Source of the DNA: Eledone cirrhosa
Lineage: Eukaryota
NCBI GenBank assembly: GCA_964016885.1
Contig: OZ024748.1
Location: 43,772,001-43,836,000, forward strand
Length of the DNA stretch: 64,000 nucleotides
Direction: 5' to 3'
Shown: positions 1-12,439 of the stretch, piece after piece
How the letters are laid out: each line of letters starts with the position of its first letter
Numbering within the stretch: position 1 is the stretch's first letter
Notes under the pieces: generated by a model
What the model was told of the DNA's origin: nothing
Database searches by the model: none
What the model saw: the letters and a program-made list of their open reading frames with translations, nothing else
Position numbers and translations under genes: made by a program

Positions 1-586
1 TATAGAATTCAAAGTTGGAAAGCCACGACATTGCAGGTTTGGACAGAGAAAAATCAAAAAAGAACCCTACTTTTTGTACCTTTTGTGTTTTGATTGTTTC
101 CCTGTCCAAACCTTCATTGTCGGGGCTTTCCAAATTATATATATAGATCCCCGAGTTGTGTTTGGAGGGTGCACAGTTAAAAAAGGTACTCAATAGAGTA
201 TAGGCATCTTTATTATATATAGAAATGACTTCTACAAGACTAGAACTGTTTCATTTGTGATGATTCCTGATGATTTCATATAAATGAAACAGCTCTAGTC
301 GTTAGATTTCTATCTCTCACTCTCTCTCTAAAATATATATATATTATTATTATAATAGTAATAATAATAAATGTGAAGAGTAAAATCCAAAGAGGGCTCA
401 ATAAGGATAAATATATATCAAATATATAAGAACCCTAGAGCAAATATTTATTAAAATAACACATTAAAGTTTAAGCAAAGAATCACTGCTTTCACCCTTC
501 AGAAGATCACGTTAAGGGTGAAAGCAGTGATTCTTTGCTTAAACTTTAATCTGTTATTTTAATAAATATATATAATTATATATATA

Positions 587-1620
587 TCATCATCATCATC
601 ATCATTGTTTAACCTCTATCTTCCACGCTAGCATTGGTTTGGACGGGAATTTTCCCACTTGAGGCAAGATTGGTTGTCTTGCTCGTAGAGGACTGTCTGG
701 CGGGTTTTCTACGGCTGGATGCCCTTCCTAACACCAACCACGTTTACAGTGTGGAACTGGGAGGTTTTTACCGTGTTACCTACACGGCCACATTACAGCG
801 TGTACTGTGTTTTTTTGTCGTGACACCTACACAACCTCATTTGTTTCGAACTGGATGTCGTGGTACCAACATAACTTTACATTGAAAGGGGTGGTGCGGA
901 TGGGGTGGGGGTAGTGGGACGGGGTGTATTTTTGTTAGAGGTGCCTACTGACTGTAGGTTTCGCTTTGTACTTAGGCAAGGCGGGTCTTCTGTATTACTA
1001 CGTAGCGCCAAAGATCTCGGTCCAGTGACATTGTCTTGGAGAGGTGTAAGTGTGTGAGGTCGGAATTTATCAAGTCGTCCCAGGTTTTTCTGGGTCTGCC
1101 TACTCCGTGGCTACCGTCTATTTTTATCGCCCTGCACTTTTTTATACAGCTGTCGTCTTTCATGCGCATCACGTGACCATACCAATGTAGTCTTCTCTCG
1201 AGTAAACAGCATCTGAGCCCTCTTATTCCTAATTTCTCACTTAGTTCGTTTATGCTTTGCCTTTCACGTATATTACTATTACACATCCAGCGGAGCATGC
1301 AAGCTTCGTTCCTCTCCAGTCTGCGTATATCCTCTGCACACAATGCCCAGGTCTCACTGCCATGTAACATTGCTGTTCGTATGCAGGCATCATACAGCCT
1401 GCCTTTCATTTTTAGAGAGAACCCTTTAGCGGCCAATAGTGGTATAAGCTCTCTGAACTTTTTCTATCCCGGTCTGACTCTAGCTACTGTACTTTCAGAG
1501 CACCCTCCCCCACTGCTGATTTTGTCACCCAGGTAACGGAAGGTGTCCACTATTTCTATAGAACCATCTGTGCAATGGAATGAGCTAGTATTCTGTGGGC
1601 ACTTGCTGCTACTTATTGCA
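587..1620 (-). mobile_element. 5'-truncated RTE LINE, same family as the 55.2-kb element
   Basis: ORF 972..1436 nearly identical to the C-terminus of the 1060-aa ORF; same 3' UTR; (ATC)n tail at 587-605. Confidence 0.92.
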
Positions 1621-1659
1621 TATATATATATAATTTTATATATATAATTATATATATAT

Positions 1660-1713
<54 letters not shown>

Positions 1714-2038
1714 ATTCACTCCTTTCAATAGTTACAGTCATTAGACTCACCCAGGCCTTGAAAGTTTATCTATTTTTACTTAGCCATATCAACTCCAGTA
1801 CGCATATTTTTTTCAAGTTTGACATTTATTTTATCAAACAATTATTATTAAATCACAAAGTTGCAGGACCTAAAAAAGACACACATACATGCATGTGTAA
1901 GGCTTCCACACAGTTTCCATCTGTCAAAAATTCACTGACCAGGCACTGGTGAAGTTAAGGTTACAGCAGAAACCATGTGCCTAAAACACAGTTGGACTAA
2001 ACAGAAATCTATGTGGCTGCGATATGAACTCCTTAACC

Positions 2039-2536
2039 CAGCATTTCTCAACATTTTTTTTACCCTTGTGGAACCCTTGAAATAATTTTCATGCCTCAGG
2101 GAACCCCTGCATATAAATTAGCAATGGGTAACAATCTAGTTTTAAGTAATGGTTTCTAAATTAGGCACAAGGCCGTTACTGTTATTTTATTTTATCAACC
2201 CCGTAAGGAGGAGAGGCAAAGCTAACATCGGCGAGATTTGAAATCAGAACATAAAGGGCCGAAACTCTAAACCATAAAGCATGGTGTCTGGCACTGTACC
2301 ATTACTGCCGATCCACCACCCTACATCTAGTTTTAAATAATATAAGAGGTTGAAGCCTTTATTAAAGTAACCAAGGATTCTCCAACAATATGTCGTACGT
2401 GTATACTAAAATTATGAATAGAAAATTAAACAAAAATTACTTAAAAATACATTAGTTTATCAGTGTTTCGTGTGAAACCCCTAGCGACCTCTTGTGGAAC
2501 CTCAGGGTTTCAGGGAACACTGGTTGAAAAATGCTG
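2039..2536. mobile_element. hAT-type MITE with nested SINE
   Basis: TIRs cagcatttctcaac / gttgaaaaatgctg; 8-bp TSD ccttaacc / ccttatcc; SINE at about 2150-2324 flanked by atctagttttaa(g/a)taat. Confidence 0.8.
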
Positions 2537-2599
2537 CCTTATCCACACAGCCTGCACCTATATTTGGCAGGTCTGGAGGATGGGGCAGAGCCCATAGCT

Positions 2600-2790
2600 T
2601 TCTTAGGTGTTCTAAGATTGGAGACACTGCTGCCATCGATGTTATACTTAAACAGTTGCAAGTGAACTTCTGTAGGAAAGACATGAACAGGGAAGGAGTT
2701 CCAGAGGGATAACAGTACTGGGTAGGAAGGACTTGATTGTAGTGGTCAGTAGAACAATATGGGATATTAGGAGAGGTAGAAATGAGGAGA
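2600..2790 (-). mobile_element. Degenerate 3' coding end of a CR1/L2-group LINE
   Basis: Frameshifted PYCSTDHY..KSFLPSTV..LWNSFPVHVFP.....QLFK. Confidence 0.55.
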
Positions 2791-2862
2791 GATAAAAATA
2801 AGGAGAGGTAGAAATGGGGTGAGAAAAACAAAAGATTCTGACCAAAATATTAAACTTCCCAT

Positions 2863-3986
2863 TATCATCATCATCATTTTATGTCCGCTTTTCCCTGCTT
2901 GCAAGGGTGGGACGGGTTTTATTCAGCACAGCATCTCTCAACTTGTCACGGTCCTTCGTCATCTCTACCGTGAGCTTCAGCGATCTGAGGTCTGTTCTCA
3001 CCACTTCCGCCCATGTTTTTCGTGGTCTACCTCTACCATGTCTTCCTTCAACTGGCATTTCCTGGCACTTCTTCACCCATCGGTCATCCTCCATGCGCAT
3101 CACATGTTCATACCACCACAGTCTCCTCTCTCGCACACTACATTCTATCCCTCTCAGACACAGTTTCTCTCTCAACACATCCATGCTGGGTCGTTCACAC
3201 ACATTAACATTGCACATCCAACGGAGCATGCTTTCCTCATTTCTCTCCAGCCGTCGCATATCCTCTGCAGTTTCTGCCCATGTCTCACTACCATGCAGCA
3301 TCGCGCTCCTCACACAGGCATCATATAACCGGCCTTTCAGACGCAGGGAGAAAGCCTTCTTCATAAGCAGAGGAAGCAGCTCCCTAAACTTCTTCCAACC
3401 CGTCCTTATTCTAGATACTATGGCCTCGGAACACCCCCCTCCCATGCTAATCTGATCTCCTGGGTACCGGAAGCTATCCACCACTTCTATAGCACTCGCC
3501 TGCATTTGAAAAATGTGTCTATCAATGCGACTTCTACTGTCTAATTTCCCTGTACATCTACTGCATACATATTTCTCCCTACCTGTTAGTTTACCTGATA
3601 TCCCGCTACATCTCTTGTGTACCCAGGATCTGCATTGTGTGCATTTTATAGAATTATAGCCAGTTCCTTTTCTGCATATCGAACATGGCCATTTCCCTGA
3701 TGGAATTGGAGTTTTGTCCTCTTTTCTACACATCAACACTTTTGTCTTAGCTAAGTTCACTCTCAGTCCTCTTGCTTCCAACTGCCGTTTCCATAGCCAG
3801 AATTTATTCTCTAGCTCCTCTACTGATTCTGCTATAAGAACCAGATCGTCAGCATAGAGGAGTTCCCATGGACAGCCAGTCTTAAACTCCTCTGTTAAGG
3901 CTTGGAGGACTATAATGAACAAGAGCGGGCTGAGGACCGAACCTTGATGTACTCCTACTTGTATCTGGAATTCCTCACTAAACTCC
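2863..3986 (-). mobile_element. 5'-truncated RTE LINE, second family (RT, PHD, C-terminus)
   Basis: ORF 2879..4018 with GVHQGSVLSP, YADD, CSIC..CTQC..HKRC..CSRC and GRPRKTW; short 3' UTR and (ATC)n tail. Confidence 0.92.
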
Positions 3987-4109
3987 ATGTTGTTATGTTG
4001 GTATAAAATATATTCCAATGTTTTAACTATCTGTATTACAGATTTTACTGACAGTCACAGGTTTCCTCTTCATATATAATGTGAACAGCTCTCATCAGAT
4101 AACTTAACA

Positions 4110-4140
<31 letters not shown>

Positions 4141-4487
4141 GATTTCTTTTGAATGAAACAGTTCTAGTCCTGTAGAAGCCATTTCTCTCTCTATATATAG
4201 AGTGTTGATCCCGAGTTGAGTTAAGGGTAACCACAGTAAATAAGGTACTCAATATATAGACTTTTTATTTTATAGTTGCCTGCATGTTGGAAGTGCAATT
4301 GCACAATGTAAGCCACATGCATGATTAGAAACCAACGATAACATTGAAAACGTGTTGAAGATAACTATTATATATATATAGCAAGAAGAGTTATATGATA
4401 TGTGTGTATATATATAGCAAGAAGATGGGAAAGCGTGTGTGTGTGTGTGCGTGCGTGTGTGCACACGCATGTTTGCTTTGCGTTGCT

Positions 4488-4652
4488 AGAAAGACCACGA
4501 AAAACATGGGCGGAGGTGGTGAGAGCAGACCTCAGATTGTTGAAAATCACGGAGGAGATGACGAAGGACGGTGACAAGTGGAGACATGCTGAATAGGACC
4601 CGTCCCACCCTTGCAAGCAGGGAAAAGCGGACGTAAAATGATGATGATGATG
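4488..4652 (+). mobile_element. 3' end fragment of the second RTE family
   Basis: RPRKTWAEVVRADL and 3' end acccgtcccacccttgcaagcagggaaaagcggacgtaaaatgatgatg; reverse complement of about 2865-3030. Confidence 0.88.
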
Positions 4653-5075
4653 TATATATTATATATATATATATATTGCGTATGAAGAGTTATTTTAAAT
4701 ATTACAGAAGTGGAAAGAAGTGGGTTTTATATGATCAGTGGTGGGAATAATACCCTAATCACTAAGACACCAAATTTCAAACTCCAAACGATATTAATAA
4801 AATACAGAAATATATTAGGAAAAAATTCAAAGAAACTATGAAAGTGTTACACAAAAATTCAGACAAAATATTAACACCAACTGGGGGAAAAAACCACCAA
4901 ATATTCCTAGTTTGAAATATTGAGGAAGAAAAATACTTTTAAAAAATGGAGGCAGGTTATATGTAAGATCACAAACTGTTCAAAGAGATTTAGTAAGGGT
5001 TTAGTAAAAAAAACTTAAGTAAATATTTTTTAAAACATTATTATTATTATTTAAATTCTAAAAACATTTACTTAC

Positions 5076-5102
5076 AATTTCCAACTCAAACTCATCGACA
5101 AC
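5076..5102 (-). CDS. Candidate 27-nt Spire microexon (VVDEFELEI)
   Basis: Perfect gtaagt donor, weak aag acceptor, in frame (phase 0-0) after the 7609 exon; no homology recognised. Confidence 0.35.
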
Positions 5103-5569
5103 CTTGATCAATAAATATTAGATTAAATAAAATAAAATGTTGAAAAGATGACAACATATGAATAATAAGATTCCATTCAAATATACACACACATATTCAC
5201 ATGCATGCACACAGACAATGTAAAGAAAAATATACATATACACACAACCATACCTGCACACACACACAAACCTGCACACACACACAAAGCTAGGCTTAAT
5301 TAGGTGAAACTTGCTAAACTATGATGTACAAGAGAGAGGAATCAAACAGTGTTGGATGATTTGCCAAAGGATAGATTGTGTAAATACAACACTGAAGATA
5401 TGTCAAAGAGATATGGAGTGAAGTTGGGTATAGATAGAATATTAAGTCCATCATTACTAAACTAACTCTTTTACTGTATAAACACCATGTATAAGACCCA
5501 CACCCTATTGATATCAAATGTTTACTGTATAAACCCTGTGTATAAGACCCACACCCTATTGCTATGAAT

Positions 5570-6685
5570 GTTTACTGTATAAACAGTGTTTTAAGTTACA
5601 CTCCCATTATAAACAGTGTATAAGTTACACTCCCATTATAAACACTGTGTATAAGTTACACTCCCATTATAAACACTGTGTATAAGTTACACTCCCATTA
5701 TAAACACTGTGTATAAGTTACACTCCCATTATAAACACTGTGTATAAGTTACACTCCCATTATAAACACTGTGTATAAGTTACACTCCCATTATAAACAC
5801 TGTGTATAAGTTACACTCCCATTATAAACAGTGTATAAGTTACACTCCCATTATAAACACAGTGTATAAGTTACACTCCCATTATAAACACAGTGTATAA
5901 GTTACACTCCCATTATAAACACAGTGTATAAGTTACACTCCCATTATAAACACAGTGTATAAGTTACACTCCCATTATAAACACAGTGTATAAGTTACAC
6001 TCCCATTATAAACAGAGTATAAGTTACACTCCCATTATAAACACTGTATAAGTTACACTCCCATTATAAACACTGTATAAGTTACACTCCCATTATAAAA
6101 ACTGTGTATAAGTTACACTCCCATTATAAACACAGTGTATAAGTTACACTCCCATTATAAACACTGTGTATAAGTTACACTCCCATTATAAACACTGTGT
6201 ATAAGTTACACTCCCATTATAAACACTGTGTATAAGTTACACTCCCATTATAAACACTGTGTATAAGTTACACTCCCATTATAAAAACTGTGTATAAGTT
6301 ACACTCCCATTATAAAAACTGTGTATAAGTTACACTCCCATTATAAAAACTGTGTATAAGTTACACTCCCATTATAAAAACTGTGTATAAGTTACACTCC
6401 CATTATAAAAACTGTGTATAAGTTACACTCCCATTATAAAAACTGTGTATAAGTTACACTCCCATTATAAAAACTGTGTATAAGTTACACTCCCATTATA
6501 AAAACTGTGTATAAGTTACACTCCCATTATAAAAACTGTGTATAAGTTACACTCCCATTATAAAAACTGTGTATAAGTTACACTCCCATTATAAAAACTG
6601 TGTATAAGTTACACTCCCATTATAAAAACTGTATAAGTTACACTCCCATTATAAACACTGTGTATAAGTTAAACTCCCATTATAT
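5570..6685. repeat. 31-bp minisatellite, about 35 copies
   Basis: Unit ataaacactgtgtataagttacactcccatt with blockwise variants. Confidence 0.97.
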
Positions 6686-7608
6686 ATACAACATTCTTAA
6701 CTCTTTAGCATTCACATTACTCTATATATACTATTATATCTTCATGGTAAAGGCTTTACCTCACATAATTATCTCACATAATTTCGAATCTATGAGATTT
6801 TGAAAGTATTTATTTTGAGAACAATACCTTAACATCAGTTTGAGTGACCAGTTACAGTCAGTTTCAACAGAAAGAGGTAGAGAATTCTGGTCGGTTTGAA
6901 CATTAAAGGGTTAACTCAGTACTTGACTTATATTTTGTAGCTTCAGTAGATAAGAAATACGATAGATTTTATTTTAATTTTTACACAGACACGGATAACT
7001 TATTCAAGAGTAGATGTGGGAACTCCTCTTAATCACAAATTTTGAAGTCGTCTACCTTGACAAAAATTACTATTTAACCCTTTCAAACTATTTCAATTAA
7101 TTAACCCTTTAGCATTTACATTACTCTATATATATACTATTGTATTTTCGTGGTAAAGCTTTATCTCACATAATATCGAGTCTATGAGATTTTGATATTT
7201 ATTTTGTGAACAATACCTTAACAGAAAGATGAGAGAGAATTCTGACTGGATATGGTTTAAATGTTAAAGAGTTAATGAAGAATACAGTAATGAAGGATTT
7301 ACTAAAATTATTAACTATTTCATTATTAATATAGTAACTTAATATATAGTTCTTATATAAAATTATGTCAGAAGATAATTTAAATAAGAACCCTTTAAAT
7401 TTTGTGATTTTGTTTCATAGAACCAGAGGTGGTTTTAGCTGGGTTGCTATCAAAAGAGAAGCTATTTAAACCCCTTTACTACAGGAGTAATATGTATTTT
7501 ATAACATTTTTGACTCACAACCTTAATTATGTTAGCTTTGAAAATACAATTGTAAATATGATTCTGGTATAGTGGTAAAATGTGCAAGAAGCAGGCTTAT
7601 TTACTTAC

Positions 7609-7952
7609 AGACAGTGGGTGATAATCTTTGTATGGTAAGCTATGTTGGTGCTCTTTGGTGTGAGAAGATGGACTAGTCCAACTTACATGCATTGCATTTG
7701 GTTTTGTAGGAACATCTCCATGTAGATTGCTATCACTGGTAGTCGGAGAATTTCCAGCAGATTTGGAAATGTTTTCAGAATTACTAAGGCTTTTTACAAT
7801 GTTTCCGTTGTCAGGAGATTCGTCAAGTTCCGTGATCATTTGAAGAGCTTCAAATATTGGTGAGGTTTTTGTCTCAGTTGGAGACTCACATACCATAATG
7901 GTGTGCCGTCGAACTAACTTAGCATTTTTATCTGTGGAATATTCTGATTTCC
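7609..7952 (-). CDS. spire: Spire coding exon, Ser/Thr-rich linker with RRHTI motif
   Basis: ttgtag acceptor and gtaagt donor; 344 nt, phase 1-0; (G)KSEYSTDKNAKLVRRHTIMVCESPT...KDYHPLS; RRH[ST]I is conserved in Spire; overlaps ORF 7597..7896. Confidence 0.85.
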
Positions 7953-8893
7953 CTACAAAATATGATCAAGTCAATTAAAGACTGGTAAAATGTTGTAGAA
8001 ATATATAAATGGTAAAGGATGACAAATAAAACAAAGTAATGTTTTACCCAGAATATTTCAACATATTTTAGGGGGTTTTGAAACTTTTGGTCTTTTATTA
8101 TATATCTCAGCCCTGAAATATGTTGAAATATACTGGGTAAAATATTTTGCCAGCTGAGTGGACTGGAGCAATGTGAAATAAAGTATCTTGCTCAAGGACA
8201 CAGCGTGCTGCCGGGAATTGAACTCACGACCTTATGATCACGAGATGAATACTCTAACAAAGCCACGAGCCTTCACAAATTGAGTTGTACCTGTAGTTTG
8301 AAGGGCCAGCCTTGCCACATTCTGTGTCACGCTGAATCTCCCCGAGAACTATGTTAAGGGCATGCATGTCTGTGGAATGCTCAGCCACTTGCATGTTAAT
8401 TTCATGGGCAGGCTGTTCTGTTGATTGTATTGACTGGAACACTCTTCGTCATAACCAACGGAGTGCCTCTAATACCTGGAGCAACGTGAAATAAAGTGTT
8501 TTTCTAAAGTACACAACACACAACCCAGTCCAGAAATTGAACCCACGACATTATGATTAAGTCCAATATTCTTACCATGAAGCCACTTTAAATTTGTTTA
8601 GTTACACCCAATTCATTACATTTTGTGGCTTAGTGGTTAGGGTGTTGGGCTTCCTGATTAGAACTGGTTTTGGTAGACAGCATGTAGTGTCCTTGAGCAA
8701 GATACTATTTCATGTGTCCTTCAGCAAGACACTTTATTTCACATTGTGTCCTTGAGAACACTACATTAAATTTGTCTTAAAAAAAACCCAAAAGGATGTC
8801 ACAATCAATACAAATCTGCCATGGGACTTACACATCTAACCCCCACCCTTGTTTGTTGGTGGTTTACAAATACAAAACTTCAATATTTATTAC

Positions 8894-8957
8894 CTGTTCT
8901 TTTGACATATTCTTTATGTTCAGATCCTTCCCGACTAGATGCATCTCCATCGTCTGC
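8894..8957 (-). CDS. spire: Spire coding exon, linker
   Basis: ctgtag acceptor and gtaata donor; 64 nt, phase 0-1; ADDGDASSREGSEHKEYVKRT; phase bridges the two neighbouring exons exactly. Confidence 0.8.
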
Positions 8958-9357
8958 CTACAGAGAAATAAGTCAATAACTACTTATGTAATCAATTACC
9001 AATCATTTAAACATATTAGCAACATCATCATCGTTTTTACATCCGTTTTTCCACACCTGTCATCTCTGAGTCTCAGCACCTCAGTTTTTCACAGTCTACC
9101 TCTACTGCAGCTTCCTTCCACTGGCATTTCCAAGTAGTTGTTCACTTAAAGTTTTCCAACATAATTTCATATTAGAAAAATATGTTAAGTTACTATCTTA
9201 ATAATTATTTCTACTTTTGGCACAAGGCCAGCAATTATCCCAGTGTATCACTGGTACTATCTTAATAATGAAATAATTTTAGTAAATCCCTGAAAATTCT
9301 TAATATATATAATATATAGATAGATGAAATATATTTCAATGTAAAGAAATGGTTTAC

Positions 9358-9467
9358 CTCAAAACTGTTGTCAAGAATCAAGTTGAAATCTGGTTTGATA
9401 ACTTTACGGACAGGTAAAGGACTCTCGTCTTCATCATCTATATTTAATTTAGTACGAGATGTTTCAA
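9358..9467 (-). CDS. spire: Spire coding exon, post-WH2 linker
   Basis: tttacag acceptor and gtaaac donor; 110 nt, phase 1-0; (V)ETSRTKLNIDDEDESPLPVRKVIKPDFNLILDNSFE. Confidence 0.85.
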
Positions 9468-10132
9468 CTGTAAATAGAAATATAGTTATCACATCACAGA
9501 TATATATCTTAGAGTCAATTATACCAAATAACTTTTAGTCCTTTACAACAAATTCTTTCTTCCCACTACTCTCTCAATAATGTATATAAACATACAGGCA
9601 GAACTAAATTCATATATAATAATGAATAATGAATTTATTGTGTACAGTGCTCGGGGACACTACAACAAAATAATATAAAATCAAAATAAAATAAAATAAT
9701 TCAAATCAATTTTGAAAAGTTAGTAAACGGTGATTAAAGAATTTTCTTGAGTCAAATATAGAAGAAAGAAAGAAGGACTATGAGAAGAAAAGGAGGGAAA
9801 GGGTAAAGACTATTAAGCAAAAATTAGATTTTCATTCAATACGTTCCATGGGAAATCACTCTTCTACAATAAATTACCTCCCTTACACTAGATTGCGCAT
9901 TTTATTACTAGATGAGGGGTCTCTTTTCTGTTACATACACACACTCTCTCAACAAATGACATTCCTTTTCTCTCTGTCTACATCTCTTTCGCTTGGCGCT
10001 CTCTCTATATAGACGAGGGCAACGTTATCACCTAGTTAAAAAAAAAAGTAAAAAAAAAAATCAAACTCACCTCCCGATTGCAAGCCATATAAATAAATAC
10101 ACACGCACACACATATACATAGTAATAATTAC

Positions 10133-10250
10133 CCAAGACTTTTCCTTCTTTGATTGGGCGAAGTTTTGGTTGAGATCTTATTTCGATGAGAAGTTTTTCA
10201 TGAGGGTCTGGTGATCGTGGAGGTAATTTGTTTACTACACGGTCTTTCAT
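10133..10250 (-). CDS. spire: Spire coding exon, WH2-D
   Basis: ttttcag acceptor and gtaatt donor; 118 nt, phase 0-1; MKDRVVNKLPPRSPDPHEKLLIEIRSQPKLRPIKEGKVL (HE.L..EI....KLRP). Confidence 0.92.
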
Positions 10251-12439
10251 CTGAAAAGAAAGGTAAACAACATACTTAAGTATTACACTTTACAAATATG
10301 ACTTTGTTAAAACTGTTAGGTGGTCGTTTCAGTGGAATGGTAAAAAGCACTCAGCAGTCCTCACTGTGACGTGGTTGGTGTTAGGACATCCAGCTGTAGA
10401 AACCAATGTTTGTAATTATTGTTAAACCTCCTTTTGATTCAATTTCAAGAAATTAAAGTGAAAGTGGCTGAGTATTACATAGACATATGTACCCCCTTAA
10501 ATGTAGTTCTCAGGGAGATTCAGTGTGGCACCACACCTGGCCCTAGAATTACACCTACAACACAGAGGGAACTGGAGAAACTTGAATTAAAGTGTCTTGC
10601 TCAAGGACAACACAGAGAGTGGACTGGAGAGACTTGAATTAAAGTGTCTTGCTCAAGTGTAACAGAGGGGACTGGAGTAGCTTGTACTAAAATGTCTTGC
10701 TCAAGGACAACATACATTGCCTAGAATTACAGCTACAACACAGAAGGGACTGGAGTAACTTGAACTAAAGTGTCTTGCTTAAGGACAACAGAGGAGACTG
10801 GAGTAGCTTGAACTAAAACGTCTTGCTCAAGGGTAACACACATTGCCTGGAATTGAACACACAAGCTTACAATTGAGACAAACAACCTAACCACAAAGCT
10901 TTTACCCCTTTACACTCATAAAATATTAGATGAAGCCACACTTTCTGTTTGGAGATCAATACCAATGCAGCACAAAGACAAAACAATCTGTAATATAATT
11001 TCTAACAATGGTATATCACAAATTTACTGAAGAGATAAGATCAGTCAATTGAGGAAGCCCAGTATATAGTTGGTACTTATTTCACCAATCTCAGTGAGCT
11101 AAAAGATAAAGTCAAACGATAACAGGATTTGAAACTCAGACATAAAATAGGGAGTGGGCTCCCACTTATCTTCAACTATATACAGTAAATATCTCTTTCC
11201 TATGTTTGTAAAGCTAACCTCGGCAGGATTTGAACTCAGAACGTAAAGAGTGATAACTATGCTGCGAAGCATATTGTCCGACAATCGACAAGGTCAGCAA
11301 TTTGAAGAGAAGAGTAAAGTCGATTAAATTGACCCCAGCGCATTATTGGTACTTTATTTTATTGACCCCGTAAGGATGAAAGGTAAAGTTAACCTCGGCG
11401 GGATTTGAACTCAAAATGTAAAGGGCCGTAAGTATGCCACAAAGCATGGCGTCCGACCCTCTACCGATTCTACTGCCAATCCTCTGATAAGAAAATGAAT
11501 GGGAGGAGTAATTTTACAGTTGTAAGATTCACCCACAAGGTTTTACTAAGTACAAGCCTAAAATAATTTAAAGGAAGGCTTGTCACCCAGAAATTATGGT
11601 AAATGTAATTATGTTATTAAATCAATTTAGATAACAAAAGTAAAGTGAGTCATCTGATTAAACATGTAAGAAGAATGGGTGTAACAGGTTCAGAAATTCT
11701 AGGTTATTTACAGATTTTACTCACTTTCATTTATTATCTTATATTTAACTATATCATAATAATTATACTCTGTGTTTTCATCTGTGTCACACAGACACTA
11801 TGGTCTCACAAAAATGTTCTATCTTCTATTTCTCTTTAATTTAGAACTCGTGGAAGACAAATCTAAAACGGGGATGTCTCCCTCTGTGTTTATATATGTG
11901 AATGGATATATATATGTGTGTGTATGTATATGCATATACACACACACACACAATGAGTTACTGCCATTTCAAAATGGCAAGAGTTCATCTGTCTGTAGGG
12001 CAGAAATTCATTCCAATACCTTAACTACTTTACTTAGTATCGATTAGTAAGTTAGTCTCTCTCTCTATATATATAAATATATATATATTTGTGTGTGTTG
12101 GCATTCCATCGGTTCTGACGAGTGTTCAGATTGTTAGATCAACAGAACAACCTGCTCACAAAATTAATATGTAGCTGGTTGAGCATTCCACAGACACACA
12201 TATACCCTTAACATAGTTCTCAGGAAGATTCAGTTTGACAATGCTGGCCTTTTGAATTACAAGTAGTGCCCCTGAGCACAGTACACAATCATTTTCATTA
12301 TTATCATAAGTACAGCTCATTTTGTACCATCTGATTAGGCTGGAGGAACATGAAACAAAGTGACTTGCTCAAGGACAAATTGTGCTACTGGTAGTCAAAC
12401 TCACCTCCACAATCATATATTTTAGAAGAGAAGTCCTTC

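Noticed and set aside
1-5000. Spire-box and FYVE-like exons
   Set aside because: Looked for but not found; the Cys-rich motifs here belong to RTE PHD fingers, so these exons are presumably beyond the window
5570-6685. CRISPR array
   Set aside because: Contiguous tandem units with no unique spacers, no cas genes, eukaryotic intron
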